Below are positions 20,771-31,580 of a DNA stretch of 64,000 nucleotides, piece after piece. Position 1 is the stretch's first letter. Every line of letters begins with the position of its first letter. This stretch comes from Acidobacteriota bacterium (lineage in GTDB: Bacteria > Acidobacteriota > UBA6911 > RPQK01 > JAJDTT01): NCBI GenBank assembly GCA_965209055.1, contig OZ242374.1:672001-736000 (forward strand), written 5' to 3'. The position numbers and the translations under genes are program-made. The notes beneath the pieces were generated by a model. That model saw only the letters and a program-made list of their open reading frames with translations. It ran no database searches and was not told where the DNA came from.

Positions 20771-21811
20771 ATGGCATTCAAAGCAGGAATCATCGGTACC
20801 GGGACCATCGCACTGGACCATGCCGTCACCTGCGTACGTCACCCCAAGGTCGAGTTGGCAGCGGCCTGCGACCTTTCCCAAGAGGCCGTGAACGTCTTCG
20901 GCGACCGCTTCCAGGTCCCCAACCGCTACACCGACCTGGACCGGATGATGTCGGAAGAACGGCTCGATATCGCCATCGTCGCCACCTGGGGGCCCGCCCA
21001 CGCCCCGGTCAGCATCGCCGCGGCGAACTCGGGAAACGTCCGCGCCATCCTGTGCGAGAAGCCCATTGCCGGGGACGCCGCCGAATGCGAAGCCATGGTC
21101 GACGCCGCGCGCGGGAACGGCGTCATGCTGGTGGAAGCATTCAAGTGGCGGCACGATCCCCAACATGTCCGGATCAAGGAGATCATCGACTCGGGCCGGA
21201 TCGGGCGGGTCGTCTCCGTCCAGGCCACATTCTCCTCTCCGTTGGTTCGATTCGCCGAGCCGGACAACTGGCGCTACGACCGGCGGCGGGGCGGCGGGTC
21301 CGTCTACGACACGGCGTGCTACCTGATTCATTTCTCGCGGTTCGTCATCGGCGAGGAGCCCCACCGGGCCTATGCGGTGGGACGGTTCATCGAGTCGGCC
21401 GATGCGGACATGACTGCCATCATCCAGCTCGAGTTTCCGGGAGGCGCAACCGCCCAACTGACCACCAGCTATCAGTACGGCTACTGCCAGGCGACGGAGG
21501 TGCTGGGCCTGACCGGGTGGATCCGCGCCGACCTGCCGTTCGACCAGCGGAGCGTGAGGGAACAGGAGTTCGTCGAGAAGGAAGACCTGCCCGCCTCCAT
21601 CGAGGTCTTCCATGACAACTTCGACCACGAAGTCCACCGCTTCGACCCCGTGGACCAGTTTGCCCTGCAGCTCGACCACCTGGTGGAATGCCTGGAGACG
21701 AACACACCGCACCGGGTTACCCCGGAGTTCAGCCTCGGCAACATGAAGATCATCGACGCCGTCTATGAGTCCATGAAGACAAGGAAACCCGTGGACTTGA
21801 AATCCAACTAA
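20771..21811 (+). CDS. Cytoplasmic Gfo/Idh/MocA oxidoreductase
   Basis: GIIGTGTIA, LCEKP, GGGSVYDTACY; alternative start at 20753. Confidence 0.9.
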   Translation: MAFKAGIIGTGTIALDHAVTCVRHPKVELAAACDLSQEAVNVFGDRFQVPNRYTDLDRMMSEERLDIAIVATWGPAHAPVSIAAANSGNVRAILCEKPIAGDAAECEAMVDAARGNGVMLVEAFKWRHDPQHVRIKEIIDSGRIGRVVSVQATFSSPLVRFAEPDNWRYDRRRGGGSVYDTACYLIHFSRFVIGEEPHRAYAVGRFIESADADMTAIIQLEFPGGATAQLTTSYQYGYCQATEVLGLTGWIRADLPFDQRSVREQEFVEKEDLPASIEVFHDNFDHEVHRFDPVDQFALQLDHLVECLETNTPHRVTPEFSLGNMKIIDAVYESMKTRKPVDLKSN

Positions 21812-21826
21812 AGGAGGGGTGCACCA

Positions 21827-22801
21827 ATGGCGTTCCAATACTCCGTCATCTCCGAGACCATCGGGAGAATCGGACACTACATCCTCGAGACACCGCAGCC
21901 GATCCTGGAAGCCATCAAGCGGGCCGGGTTCGACGCCGTCGACCTGCCGGGCAATCCGCCGAAGCTCGATGTCGACAAGTTCCGGAGGTTGCTGGATTCC
22001 ACGGGGCTGGAAGTCAACGAAATACTGGGCGCCTGGGCGTATCATCACGCCGGAGAAAGCAGGGACTTGGCCGGCGACGACGTACAAGCCCGGCAGAGAG
22101 GCATCGACTACGGCAAGGCCTGCGTCGACCTGGCGTCCGCCTTGGGGGCAAAGTACTACCAGATCTGCGCTTCCCAGACTCCCGTCCCCCAGATCCCCTT
22201 CCCCAAGCTGCCCATGCACGTTCTGAGAAGCAATTTTCTCGAGGGGGCCAGAGAAATCTGCGAATACGCGGGAGAGCGGGACATCACGGTTCTGTTCGAG
22301 CCGCTGAACCGCTATGAAGCCTATTCCGGCATCTTGACCTCCGTCTTCGACGCCATCAGCCTGATCGACGACCTGGGCCTGCCCAATATCGGCGTCCAGC
22401 CGGACATCTACCACATGAACATCTCCGAGGCCTCGACAACCAGCGCCCTCCTGGCGGCGGGCGACCGGATCAAGGTCATGCACGTGAACGAGACCAATCA
22501 CTGCTTCCTGGGCGAGGGCCACGCCGACTATCCGGCCATCTTGAGCACCCTGAAGGAGATCGGTTTCGACGGATACCTTTCCATTTACATGGGCCTGGTT
22601 CCCCCGGAAATCTCCTATCGGGCCGGCGTCAGCGAAGAGGCGGCGAGACCCGGCCTCCAGGAGTCTCTGGAGAGGCAGATCAATTTTCTGAAGGCGGTTG
22701 AAACTTCCGTCGACTACCAGCGGCGGCTCTACGGTTCGGGCGCCGGTTACGTCACCCGGGAGGGATCGGCGGAGGCGGGCAAGAGCGGGACGGAATATTG
22801 A
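21827..22801 (+). CDS. Sugar phosphate isomerase/epimerase (xylose-isomerase-like TIM barrel, ketose 3-epimerase type)
   Basis: AAGGAGG RBS; FEPLNRYE, DIYHMNI, GEGHADY, GFDGYLSI. Confidence 0.85.
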   Translation: MAFQYSVISETIGRIGHYILETPQPILEAIKRAGFDAVDLPGNPPKLDVDKFRRLLDSTGLEVNEILGAWAYHHAGESRDLAGDDVQARQRGIDYGKACVDLASALGAKYYQICASQTPVPQIPFPKLPMHVLRSNFLEGAREICEYAGERDITVLFEPLNRYEAYSGILTSVFDAISLIDDLGLPNIGVQPDIYHMNISEASTTSALLAAGDRIKVMHVNETNHCFLGEGHADYPAILSTLKEIGFDGYLSIYMGLVPPEISYRAGVSEEAARPGLQESLERQINFLKAVETSVDYQRRLYGSGAGYVTREGSAEAGKSGTEY

Positions 22802-22832
22802 AACCTTGCCACAACGAGACTATTTCTGAGCT

Positions 22833-23609
22833 ATGCAAACCAACCGCGCAAAGGAAAAACTGAATTCCGGGGAAGCCGCTCTCGGCACCTTCATGGGGCT
22901 GGGCAGTCCCAGCGTCGCCGAGCTGTTGTCGCAGGTCGGCCTCGACTTCCTGGTCATCGAAACCGAGCACAACGGCCTGGACTCGGCCGAGATCGAGCAC
23001 ATGCTCATGGCCATCAAGGGGACCGAAACCGTACCCATCGTCCGCGTCCCCTCCCATGAGCAGGTCTTCATTCAGCGGGCCTTGGACATGGGCGCCATGG
23101 GCGTCATCGCCCCCATGTTGAGGACCGCGGCCGAGGCCGAGGCCCTGGTGGCTGCGACCCGTTACCCGCCGCACGGGATCCGCGGTTGGGGCCCCATGCG
23201 CGCCAGCCAATACACCATCGACAACGACGACTACATCAAGCGGGCCAATGACAACATCATTGTCGCCGCGCTGCTGGAGACCACGGAAGCGGTTGAGAAC
23301 CTGGAAGAGATCACGTCGGTTCCGGGCTTCGACGCCCTCTATCTGGGGATGTGGGATCTCTGTTTCAATATGGGCTTCAATCCCATGGAGATGCCCTTCC
23401 CGGAGACGGACGCCGTGATCGAATACGCAGCGGAGATCGGGAAGAAGAACGGAGTCGCCATCGGGATCGGCTCCACGACGCCTGAGGAATTGAAACAGCG
23501 CATGGACCAGGGACTGACCTTCCTGGGCTTCGGTCCCGACTACAGTCTGGTCTTGAACGCGGTCCGGGCCGGGGTCGACGTCTTCCACGGATCAGAGCAA
23601 GGGAGTTGA
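22833..23609 (+). CDS. HpcH/HpaI aldolase family
   Basis: IETEH, RALDMGAMG, RYPPHGIRG, LETTEAVENLEEI. Confidence 0.92.
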   Translation: MQTNRAKEKLNSGEAALGTFMGLGSPSVAELLSQVGLDFLVIETEHNGLDSAEIEHMLMAIKGTETVPIVRVPSHEQVFIQRALDMGAMGVIAPMLRTAAEAEALVAATRYPPHGIRGWGPMRASQYTIDNDDYIKRANDNIIVAALLETTEAVENLEEITSVPGFDALYLGMWDLCFNMGFNPMEMPFPETDAVIEYAAEIGKKNGVAIGIGSTTPEELKQRMDQGLTFLGFGPDYSLVLNAVRAGVDVFHGSEQGS

Positions 23610-23616
23610 AATCGCC

Positions 23617-24579
23617 ATGACGGAATATCGACCGCTGACGGATTCCACCGGGCATCTGGGCGACGCCGAGCGTCTTTCGGAAAACCTCGCCCAAGACGGC
23701 TACCTCCTGCTGCGGGGCCTGGTCGATCCGCAACGAGTGTCGCAGGTCAAGAAGGACGTCATGGGGGTCCTGCACGAGACTCACATCATTGAAGAAAATG
23801 ACACGGAAGATCCCATGTGGAGCGGGGGGCCCCACCCTTCCGAAGCGGAACACATGAGGTACTACGACAAGATCGTGCGGCTCGACTCCTTCAACCGGCT
23901 GGCGGAGTCGCCGGAGATCGTCGCGGTCATGGAGAGCGTGGTGGGCGAAGCCGTCACGGTCTGGAAACAGCGGCTCATCCGGATCATGTTTCCGGATCCC
24001 GATGCGCCGGACGACGCCGGCGTGGGCACCCACCAGGACGGAGCCAGCAACCTCGGGTACCAGGCCGACCGGTTCTACACCTGCTGGTTGCCGCTTATGG
24101 AAATCGACCCCAACATCGGGGGTCTGGCCATCGCTGTCGGTTCCCACAAGATGGGATTCCTGGAACACGCGGGCTCCAGTCCCAGCGATGCCAAGAAAGC
24201 GAGGTCCAAGGGATTCGGACTGGATTCGTCGGACTTCGCCTGGGGCACCACCGACTACCATCCCGGAGACGCCATCATCTTCGGCCATGTCACGGCCCAT
24301 CGCGGACTGGTGAACCGGTCCGACCGGATTCGCCTCTCTTGCGACTTCCGCTACCAGTCCGTCAACGACACGGTCAGTTGGATCGCTCATACGCCGGGTC
24401 CCGACTGCCGGCGAGTCGCGCAGCAGATCGATGCCGTCGTCACCAGCCGGGCGCTCTACGTCACCACCCACGCGAACAAGGACACCCTGCAGGAAGTCCG
24501 CCGGCTTATGCTGGTGGAGAAGGCGACGACCCTGGAACGCGCCCAGGAACTCGTCGCCGAGGTTGGACAACGGAACTAG
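23617..24579 (+). CDS. Phytanoyl-CoA dioxygenase (PhyH) family Fe(II)/2-oxoglutarate oxygenase
   Basis: [38 protein letters not shown]. Confidence 0.88.
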   Translation: MTEYRPLTDSTGHLGDAERLSENLAQDGYLLLRGLVDPQRVSQVKKDVMGVLHETHIIEENDTEDPMWSGGPHPSEAEHMRYYDKIVRLDSFNRLAESPEIVAVMESVVGEAVTVWKQRLIRIMFPDPDAPDDAGVGTHQDGASNLGYQADRFYTCWLPLMEIDPNIGGLAIAVGSHKMGFLEHAGSSPSDAKKARSKGFGLDSSDFAWGTTDYHPGDAIIFGHVTAHRGLVNRSDRIRLSCDFRYQSVNDTVSWIAHTPGPDCRRVAQQIDAVVTSRALYVTTHANKDTLQEVRRLMLVEKATTLERAQELVAEVGQRN

Positions 24580-24587
24580 ACGCCTTT

Positions 24588-26300
24588 ATGAATGATTCCG
24601 AGGCCGAGACCTGCGACCTCGGCGTCTTCTCCATACGCCCTCCCCGCCTGCCGCTCCTCTTCCTGGCGGCGTTCCTGACTAGTGGATTGTCGGCGAGCGG
24701 AACCGCCGCGCCAAGAACCGATCTCTTCACCAAAATCCCCTCCTCCAGCAGCGGCATCGTCTGGGTGCACGAGAACGCCATGTCGGAGATGCGCCATCTT
24801 CCGGAAACGCTGGGGCCCGGCTGCGCCTTTTTCGATTACGACAACGACGGGTGGGTGGACCTCTACCTGGTGAACACCGGTCCCTCCGATTTCTTCAAGC
24901 CCGGGAAGAGTCCCGGCAACGCCCTCTACCGGAACAACCGGGACGGGACCTTCAGCAACGTGACCCAAAAGGCGGGAGTCGCCGCCGGCAGTTTCGGAAT
25001 GGGGGCCGCCGCCGCCGATTACGACAACGACGGAGACGCCGATCTTTACGTCACCGCCTACGGCCGCTCCATTCTCTACGAGAACCAGGGGGATGGAACC
25101 TTCCGGGACGTCACCCAAAGCGCCGGACTGGCCGCTCCCGGTTGGACGACCAGCGCCGCGTGGTTCGACTTCGATGGCGACGGATGGCTCGACCTGTTCG
25201 TCTGCAGCTTCGTCAAATACCAGGTCGACAACCCCGTGCGATGCGGAAACAACCAGTTGGGCAAGAACTACTACTGCATCCCCACCTTCTTTGAACCGAC
25301 GCCGAGCCTGCTTTTCCGAAACAAAGGCGACGGCACCTTCGCCGAAATCGGAGCCGCGAGCGACATCGGCCGGTCACTGGGAAAGGCGCTGGGGGTCGTC
25401 GCCACCGACGTCAACAACGACCGCAGGATGGATCTCTTCGTCGCCAACGACACGGTCCAGAACTTCCTCTTCGTCAACCGGGGAGACGGCCGGTGGGACG
25501 AGATCGGCTTCCTCGCCGAGGTGGGGTTCAGCGCCAACGGGAAAGCGCGCTCCGGGATGGGCGTCGATGCCGCCGACTACGACCAGGACGGCCGGCAGGA
25601 CCTGTTCGTGGCCAACGTGGACCAGGAGATGTTCGCCCTCTACCGGAATCAGGGGAACGAGTTGTTCCGGGACCTCTCCCATCCCAACCAGGTGGCTCAG
25701 TCCACCCGGCTCCTGAGCGGCTGGGGACTGAAATTTCTGGACTTCGACTTGGACGGAGACGTGGACCTGTTCCTGGCCAACGGGCATCCCGACGACATGA
25801 TCGCCTCCTATTCCCTGCAGGTCACCTACGCCATGCCGCTGCTGCTTTTCGAGAACGTGGACGGGAGGTTTCGGGACATCAGCGAGGGGGCGGGCGCCGT
25901 CTTCGCGGAGAAGTATCCAGCTCGCGGGATGACGGTGGGCGATTTCGACAATGATGGGAGAGTCGACGTTCTGGTGGCCAACAACGGGCAGGCGCCCGTG
26001 CTGCTACGGAACCGGTGGGGGGACGGCAACCACTGGATCGGCTTGAAACTGGTGGGCAGGAACTGCAATCGGGACGCCATCGGTGCGGTGATCCGATGGT
26101 CCGCCGGGGGAGTGGTCCGGAGCCGTTTGAAGACGAGTGGCGGTAGCTATTTGGCGTCCCACGATCCGCGCGAGGTGTTGGGGTTGGGCCAGGCGAGCAA
26201 GCTGGACTGGGTCGAGATTCAATGGCCGTCACCCAGCGACCGGGTCCAGAGGCTCAAAAATCTGCCGATCGACGCGTATATGACGATCACGGAGGAATAG
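24588..26300 (+). CDS. CRTAC1 family protein (FG-GAP repeats + ASPIC/UnbV)
   Basis: Repeated DYDNDG..DL.V motifs; [22 protein letters not shown]; start taken as ATG 24588. Confidence 0.92.
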   Translation: MNDSEAETCDLGVFSIRPPRLPLLFLAAFLTSGLSASGTAAPRTDLFTKIPSSSSGIVWVHENAMSEMRHLPETLGPGCAFFDYDNDGWVDLYLVNTGPSDFFKPGKSPGNALYRNNRDGTFSNVTQKAGVAAGSFGMGAAAADYDNDGDADLYVTAYGRSILYENQGDGTFRDVTQSAGLAAPGWTTSAAWFDFDGDGWLDLFVCSFVKYQVDNPVRCGNNQLGKNYYCIPTFFEPTPSLLFRNKGDGTFAEIGAASDIGRSLGKALGVVATDVNNDRRMDLFVANDTVQNFLFVNRGDGRWDEIGFLAEVGFSANGKARSGMGVDAADYDQDGRQDLFVANVDQEMFALYRNQGNELFRDLSHPNQVAQSTRLLSGWGLKFLDFDLDGDVDLFLANGHPDDMIASYSLQVTYAMPLLLFENVDGRFRDISEGAGAVFAEKYPARGMTVGDFDNDGRVDVLVANNGQAPVLLRNRWGDGNHWIGLKLVGRNCNRDAIGAVIRWSAGGVVRSRLKTSGGSYLASHDPREVLGLGQASKLDWVEIQWPSPSDRVQRLKNLPIDAYMTITEE

Positions 26301-26307
26301 TGGGAGC

Positions 26308-26375
26308 GGAGCGGCGGTTTCCTAACCGCCGATTCATGGAATGAGGGGAAACGGACGATTGGAAATCGCCCCTCC
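26308..26375. repeat. REP doublet (REPIN-like) between convergent genes
   Basis: GGAGCGGCGGTTTCCTAACCGCCG ... CGATTGGAAATCGCCCCTCC in inverted orientation. Confidence 0.8.
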
Positions 26376-26384
26376 TCATTCTCC

Positions 26385-28124
26385 TCACTCGCAGATTTGC
26401 CCGCTTCCCCTCTGGAGCGTGACGTATCGATCGGCTTCTAGTCCGCTCCAACCTTCACACAGGCCGTCGGGCCAATGGACCTCCACCCGGTCCACGTCCT
26501 TCGATGAACCCAACCCGAAGAGGATTCGGCTGTCGTTGGCGCTGAGATAGCTCCCGTCGGCGTGGCAGCGGCGCCATAGAGGCTTGCGGCCCTCCCGGAA
26601 CAACGCGACTCGGGCCTGATTGACCGCCGACGGAGTGCCCCCCTCTCCAACCAGCCGGACGCCCAGCCAATGATTGCGGGAGCCGATCTGGTTGAGCAGA
26701 AGGCGGGCCGGCCCGTTGTTGTTGGAAACGGCAATGTCCACGTCCCCGTCGTTGTCGATGTCGCCGAAAGCGGCACCCCTGCTGACTTCCACAAGGTCCA
26801 GTGCCGGGCCCGCGACGTCGGATCCGACCTCCCGTGACCGGCCGGTACCGTCACCCCTGAAGAGCAGGTTCTCCTGCGCGTACGGGTAGGCTGAATCGGC
26901 CGGCTGACGATCATCCATGACCACGGCTCCGTTGGCCACGAAGAGGTCCAGCCACCCGTCGTTGTCGTAGTCGAACCAGAGCGTGCCGAATCCGGAATAG
27001 GGGACGCTCGGATTGGCCAGCCCGAAGCGGGAAGTGACGTCCGCGAATCCCGTCCGCCGTCCATTCAGATAGAGGGTGTTGGTCTCCTTCTTGTTGTGGG
27101 TCACGAAGAGGTCGTCGTCCCCGTCGCCGTCGAAATCGGCGGCCGTGACGCCCATGCCCGCCTCGGCCATGCCGTCGATGTTGTACGCGGTTCCGGACAC
27201 CAGGCCCTGGTCCAGGAAGGTCCCGTCCCCCTGGTTGATCCACAACTGATTGGGGGTCCCGTCGTTGGCGACGTAGACGTCCACGCGGCGATCGAGATCC
27301 AGATCGACGGCCACGACCCCGAGACCGGCTCCGAAGGCCCGGCCCAGACCGGCCTCCTCCGACCGGTCGGTGAATCTTCCGTCGCCTTCGTTGCGAAAGA
27401 GTCGGTCGGGCAACGGCTGATAGACATCGGGTGCGCAGTAGTCCCGGCGCTCCCCGCCGCATCTGCGGTTCCCCTGGATGGTGAAGGAGACGTAGTTGGC
27501 GACGTAAAGGTCCAGATCGCCGTCGCCGTCGTAGTCCAAAAAGGTGCTGCTGGCGCTGTACCGGGGATCGTCAACTCCCGCGTCACGGGTCACATCGGTG
27601 AAGGCCCCGTCGCCGCCGTTGCGGTACAGAACGTTGGAGCCGAAGTTGGTCAGGTAAAGGTCCAGGTGGCCGTCGTTGTCGTAGTCTCCCACGGCCATGC
27701 CCATGCCGTAGCCCGGATGTCCAACCCCGGCCTCACGGGTGACGTCGGTGAACCGGAGCTTCCCAGTCGGAATCAGTTCATTGCGGAACAGCCGGTTCCG
27801 TGGCGGCCCCTCTCCATAAAAGGGGAACGACGATTGGGACACCTCCTTCGATCGGTCCAACATCGCTCCCTGGACGAAATAGAGGTCCAGGTCCCCGTCG
27901 CCGTCATAGTCGAACATCCCCACTCCCGATCCCATGATCTCGGGGAAGAAATACTCGCCTGTCGCTCCAATGAAATGGCGAAAGTCCAGACCTGTCTCCC
28001 GCGCGGCTTCCCGAAAGACAGGTGGACCGGAAGCGGAAACGACACGGGAGAGAAGACAGAAACCCAGGACCGAAGCGATGACCGATCGACGTGCGAGAGC
28101 GGACGGCGGCTTCCTAGTTTCCAT
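26385..28124 (-). CDS. CRTAC1 family protein (FG-GAP + ASPIC/UnbV)
   Basis: PEIMGSG, DYDGDGDLDL repeats, SRGAAFGDIDNDGD, SYLSAND, VHWPDG. Confidence 0.92.
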   Translation of the reverse strand: METRKPPSALARRSVIASVLGFCLLSRVVSASGPPVFREAARETGLDFRHFIGATGEYFFPEIMGSGVGMFDYDGDGDLDLYFVQGAMLDRSKEVSQSSFPFYGEGPPRNRLFRNELIPTGKLRFTDVTREAGVGHPGYGMGMAVGDYDNDGHLDLYLTNFGSNVLYRNGGDGAFTDVTRDAGVDDPRYSASSTFLDYDGDGDLDLYVANYVSFTIQGNRRCGGERRDYCAPDVYQPLPDRLFRNEGDGRFTDRSEEAGLGRAFGAGLGVVAVDLDLDRRVDVYVANDGTPNQLWINQGDGTFLDQGLVSGTAYNIDGMAEAGMGVTAADFDGDGDDDLFVTHNKKETNTLYLNGRRTGFADVTSRFGLANPSVPYSGFGTLWFDYDNDGWLDLFVANGAVVMDDRQPADSAYPYAQENLLFRGDGTGRSREVGSDVAGPALDLVEVSRGAAFGDIDNDGDVDIAVSNNNGPARLLLNQIGSRNHWLGVRLVGEGGTPSAVNQARVALFREGRKPLWRRCHADGSYLSANDSRILFGLGSSKDVDRVEVHWPDGLCEGWSGLEADRYVTLQRGSGQICE

Positions 28125-29565
28125 GCGAATTGGCCGCTTTTTCGAGTTCGGTGAGCAGGCTCTCGATGTCGCGCGCCATTCCGGCCTGTTCCGGAGCCAC
28201 CGCATTCCGTTTCGCCGTCAGAGCATAGCGCTTGGCCTTCTCCAGCTCACCCAATTGAGCATAGGCCAGAGCCAACGTGAAGACGTGCAGGGGTTTGCCG
28301 TCGCCTTCCCCGTCAACCGCCTTGTGAAGATGCCGGACGGCTTCTTCATACCTTCCCTGGGTCAGCAGCAGACGCCCCAGGTTGAAATGCGGCAGAGGAA
28401 AATTGGGTTGGTGCCGGATGGCGAGGCGCATGTGCTTCTCCGCCTCGGTGCTTCTCCCCAACTGAGCCAACAGGTGCCCCAGGTTGCTGTGGCTGTCGGC
28501 GTGAAACGGATTGATTTCCACGGCCTTGCGAAGTGCGGCAATGGCCTCGCCTGTGCGCCCCCGCCACCCCAGGTAGGTGCCGAAATTGTAGTGCGTCTTG
28601 TACAGGCCAGGATCGCCGGCGACAGCCGAACGATAGTGTTCCTCCACCTTGGCGGGGTTTCGGAGAGCGATGTACAGAGAGACCAGATTGGCGTGTGCGA
28701 TGGAGTGGCCGGGCTCCAGCTTCAGCACTTTCTCGAAGGCGCCGGCCGCCTCCTTGTAATTCCGTTCCTCTCTGAAAACAAAGCCTTCCCGAAGAAAGTG
28801 TCCGGCACGGGATTCCAGGGCTTGGACCGCGTCGAGCAGGGGGTCCTCCACCGGCGGCTGTTGCGCCGGATGGCGCTGGAATTGGGAGAGATGCTCCTGC
28901 ATTTTGTCCAGATTGCCCAGGCTCCGGTGCGCCAGCGCCAATGCGTAGTGGGCGGCGCCGTAACTGGGGAACCGGTCGACGGCTTTTTGGTAGTTCTCGA
29001 CGGCTTCGGAAACCTCTCCCGCTTCCCAGGAGATCCGGCCCAGACCGGCCCAGGCCGAAGCGGACCCGGGGTGGTCCGTGACGATCCGGAGGTACAGTGC
29101 CCGGCTTTCCTCCAACTCTCCCAGTTTCCGTAGCGCCTCGGCCAGCGTCAGACGTGCAGGCAGATAGTCCGGTTTGAGCTGAACCGCCAGTCGCAACGAC
29201 GACGACGCTTCGGCCGGTTTTCCCAAGCGTCCCTGAATGATCCCGAGACAGTAGGCCCACGAAAACGAGCCGGGGTCCAGAATGCGGGCCCGCAGGTAGA
29301 AAGGTTCCGCGAATTCGTAACGTTGATGAGCATGCAGCAGCATGCCCATCCTGCCGTTGGCTTCCGCATCCCTGGGATGCAGACGGACCCGCTCGCCGGC
29401 GTCCCGGATCTGCGTTCGGCTGGGTGCATCGAACTCATGGATCCGAGGAGCCAAGTCGGGAATGGGAGGCAACGGGTCGGTCTGCGCCGGAAGCAAGGGC
29501 GCAATCAGGGTGGTGAGCAGGAGAGCAACAAGAACCATGCGAACTGAAGACTGTTCCTCGACCAT
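28114..29565 (-). CDS. Secreted TPR-repeat protein
   Basis: Signal peptide; repeated A..P...A..NLG TPR units; overlaps the CRTAC1 start (translational coupling). Confidence 0.88.
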   Translation of the reverse strand: MVEEQSSVRMVLVALLLTTLIAPLLPAQTDPLPPIPDLAPRIHEFDAPSRTQIRDAGERVRLHPRDAEANGRMGMLLHAHQRYEFAEPFYLRARILDPGSFSWAYCLGIIQGRLGKPAEASSSLRLAVQLKPDYLPARLTLAEALRKLGELEESRALYLRIVTDHPGSASAWAGLGRISWEAGEVSEAVENYQKAVDRFPSYGAAHYALALAHRSLGNLDKMQEHLSQFQRHPAQQPPVEDPLLDAVQALESRAGHFLREGFVFREERNYKEAAGAFEKVLKLEPGHSIAHANLVSLYIALRNPAKVEEHYRSAVAGDPGLYKTHYNFGTYLGWRGRTGEAIAALRKAVEINPFHADSHSNLGHLLAQLGRSTEAEKHMRLAIRHQPNFPLPHFNLGRLLLTQGRYEEAVRHLHKAVDGEGDGKPLHVFTLALAYAQLGELEKAKRYALTAKRNAVAPEQAGMARDIESLLTELEKAANSHGN

Positions 29566-29612
29566 CTTCTGTGGCGCGGACTTCTGACCACAAACGATGG
29601 CTCAGCGAGCCT

Positions 29613-30356
29613 TCAAGTGACGAGTGGCCGGAATTCCGGACCGCTCATGGGTTCATGCTGATCCCAACTGCCACGCATCTCGATCAATACGCGCTGTTTC
29701 GAAGGCGCGGGCTGGGGATTCACCAAGACTACTTGAGCGGCGTATTTGGGAGACTCAGCCATCGCTTGGACCAGATCCGCCACGAGGTAACGAGGCGCCC
29801 ACCCGACCATATGGTAATCCGTCGTCTGAATCTGCACGGCCATTGTCGACACCGGATTAGTCAGCTCCAATGTGACGTACAATTCTTCGCCCGTGGCCAA
29901 TTGATCGATCCGCGCTTGCGCCGACGCATTGACGTGCCGCCACCCGTGCAGAAAGAATCGGCAGGTGAAGCTGCCGTCGGCGCGCTTCACGAGTTTCGGG
30001 AAGACTTCGTAAGTGTCCGTCATGCGGCTGCCGCCGTTCGCTGCCAAAATCTCGACGGGGTCCGCCATGGGAGGAAGATCGAGACTGCGCAGATAGTCGG
30101 TAAAATCCGGCCTCCTCCGATTCATCACCCGGTTCTGGAACACGGGGAAAAGCCTCGGAGATCGATAATCCGCCTTCAACTCGGGAAATTCGATCAACAA
30201 CGGAAATCCCGCAGTCTCTTTCGCCTGTTCGGCACCGCCAATGTAACGGAAGCGATACTGCGGGCGTTCGACGTCGGCGTCCAGACGACCGATGGGAAAC
30301 CACCGCCGACTCCGCGCTTTGTCCTGCCAAGCCAGATACAAGGTCCGTTCACTCAT
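29613..30356 (-). CDS. HipS/HipA-N-like + HIRAN domain protein (putative antitoxin, orphan)
   Basis: LAWQD..SRRWFPIGRL, LFPVFQNRVM..RPD, GG.R.TD.YEVF, FFLHGWRH, N...AV...VGWAPRYL (HIRAN-like). Confidence 0.75.
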   Translation of the reverse strand: MSERTLYLAWQDKARSRRWFPIGRLDADVERPQYRFRYIGGAEQAKETAGFPLLIEFPELKADYRSPRLFPVFQNRVMNRRRPDFTDYLRSLDLPPMADPVEILAANGGSRMTDTYEVFPKLVKRADGSFTCRFFLHGWRHVNASAQARIDQLATGEELYVTLELTNPVSTMAVQIQTTDYHMVGWAPRYLVADLVQAMAESPKYAAQVVLVNPQPAPSKQRVLIEMRGSWDQHEPMSGPEFRPLVT

Positions 30357-30498
30357 CTGAAAATCGCCGACAATTGTTCGATATTGTAGCGCATCAACTC
30401 AATCGCGAATTCTCGGGCTGTCGGCGACATCCAATCAAAAACATGGTCCTCGACCACGGCATGCTCCGAGTCCGATCGGTCCTTGATCGCCGGCGGCG

Positions 30499-31413
30499 TC
30501 AAGGCTGCGCCTGACCACCGACAGACTGCGGACCCTCCCGCTGGCTCCGGTAGATCCGGTCCAGCCGCAGGAATTCGCCCCGTGCCCGTTCCGCTTCCGC
30601 TTTGCGGCCGGCCCTCGCGTAGGCCCGGGACAGAGCGAAGTGCATCTCGGGGTCCTCGGGTTTCAGTTGGACTCCGACTTCCAATTCCTGGACGGCTCGT
30701 TCGACCTGTCCCGTCTCCAGAAGAACCCGGCCCAGGACCTTTCTGGATGTGAAGAAGTTCGGCATCAGCCCGTGGGCCCTTTCCGCCAGAGGCAGAGCCT
30801 CCTGGTACATGCCCTGACGCAGGTATTCCATGGCGATCTGGAGGAGACTCGGCACATGATCGGGATCCTTCTTCAACTCCTGCTGGAACTGCTGGACCGC
30901 AACCTCCGGCTTGCTTCCCATCAGGAACGCCCCATAGGCATAGTGCACGTTGGGTTCGCCCGGAAAACGGGAAACGAGATCCTGATAGGCTCGATCGGCG
31001 CTTTCTGCTCGCCGGGCCGCCGTCTCGTAAGCGGCCCGTCCCGCCAGCATGACGAGTTCGCGTTTGGCCGGCGGATACTCGGAAGGCAGGTACCGCATCC
31101 GCAGGATGGACAGCCCCAGGGCCTCGACCACCTTCGGACTGGTGTTGTTCTGATAGACAAACTGCTGCAACGCCTCGTAGGCCGATTCGAATTGCTCCAT
31201 CCGGGTCATCAGGATGGCGCTGTGGAAGCGCACGACTGCCGCGATCTTGTTGATATCGGTGCCGACGATGCGCCCGATGGCAGTGAGATCGTCGGGCTCT
31301 TCGGCAGCCGTCTGTCCGAACGATTTCGAACCGGCTACGGCCAACAACAACACCAGAAGGGCCGCGGCACCGGGTCTCCTACAACTTGGAGCTCCTGTCA
31401 CTGTCCGGTTCAT
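30499..31413 (-). CDS. Secreted TPR-repeat protein
   Basis: Signal peptide; VHYAYG, LGRVLL, HFALSRAYARAG. Confidence 0.8.
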   Translation of the reverse strand: MNRTVTGAPSCRRPGAAALLVLLLAVAGSKSFGQTAAEEPDDLTAIGRIVGTDINKIAAVVRFHSAILMTRMEQFESAYEALQQFVYQNNTSPKVVEALGLSILRMRYLPSEYPPAKRELVMLAGRAAYETAARRAESADRAYQDLVSRFPGEPNVHYAYGAFLMGSKPEVAVQQFQQELKKDPDHVPSLLQIAMEYLRQGMYQEALPLAERAHGLMPNFFTSRKVLGRVLLETGQVERAVQELEVGVQLKPEDPEMHFALSRAYARAGRKAEAERARGEFLRLDRIYRSQREGPQSVGGQAQP

Positions 31414-31580
31414 CAGAAGAAGATCGAAATAGAAGGGAAGACACGGTTCGCGCTCAAGTTAGCAAGCATCCCCATGCAGGACAAGTCGGGCTGCGAAGCC
31501 GGATTTCGAGTCAGGTTGTGCCGGGACCGGCGAGCCCATACACTGAACCCCAACGTTCACTTCCTTTCCCCGGAGGAAAC

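Noticed and set aside
20630-22522. N-terminal 630 aa of the 1073-aa ORF, suggesting a giant sulfatase fusion
   Set aside because: Antisense to two real genes; the sulfatase has its own RBS and signal peptide at 20629
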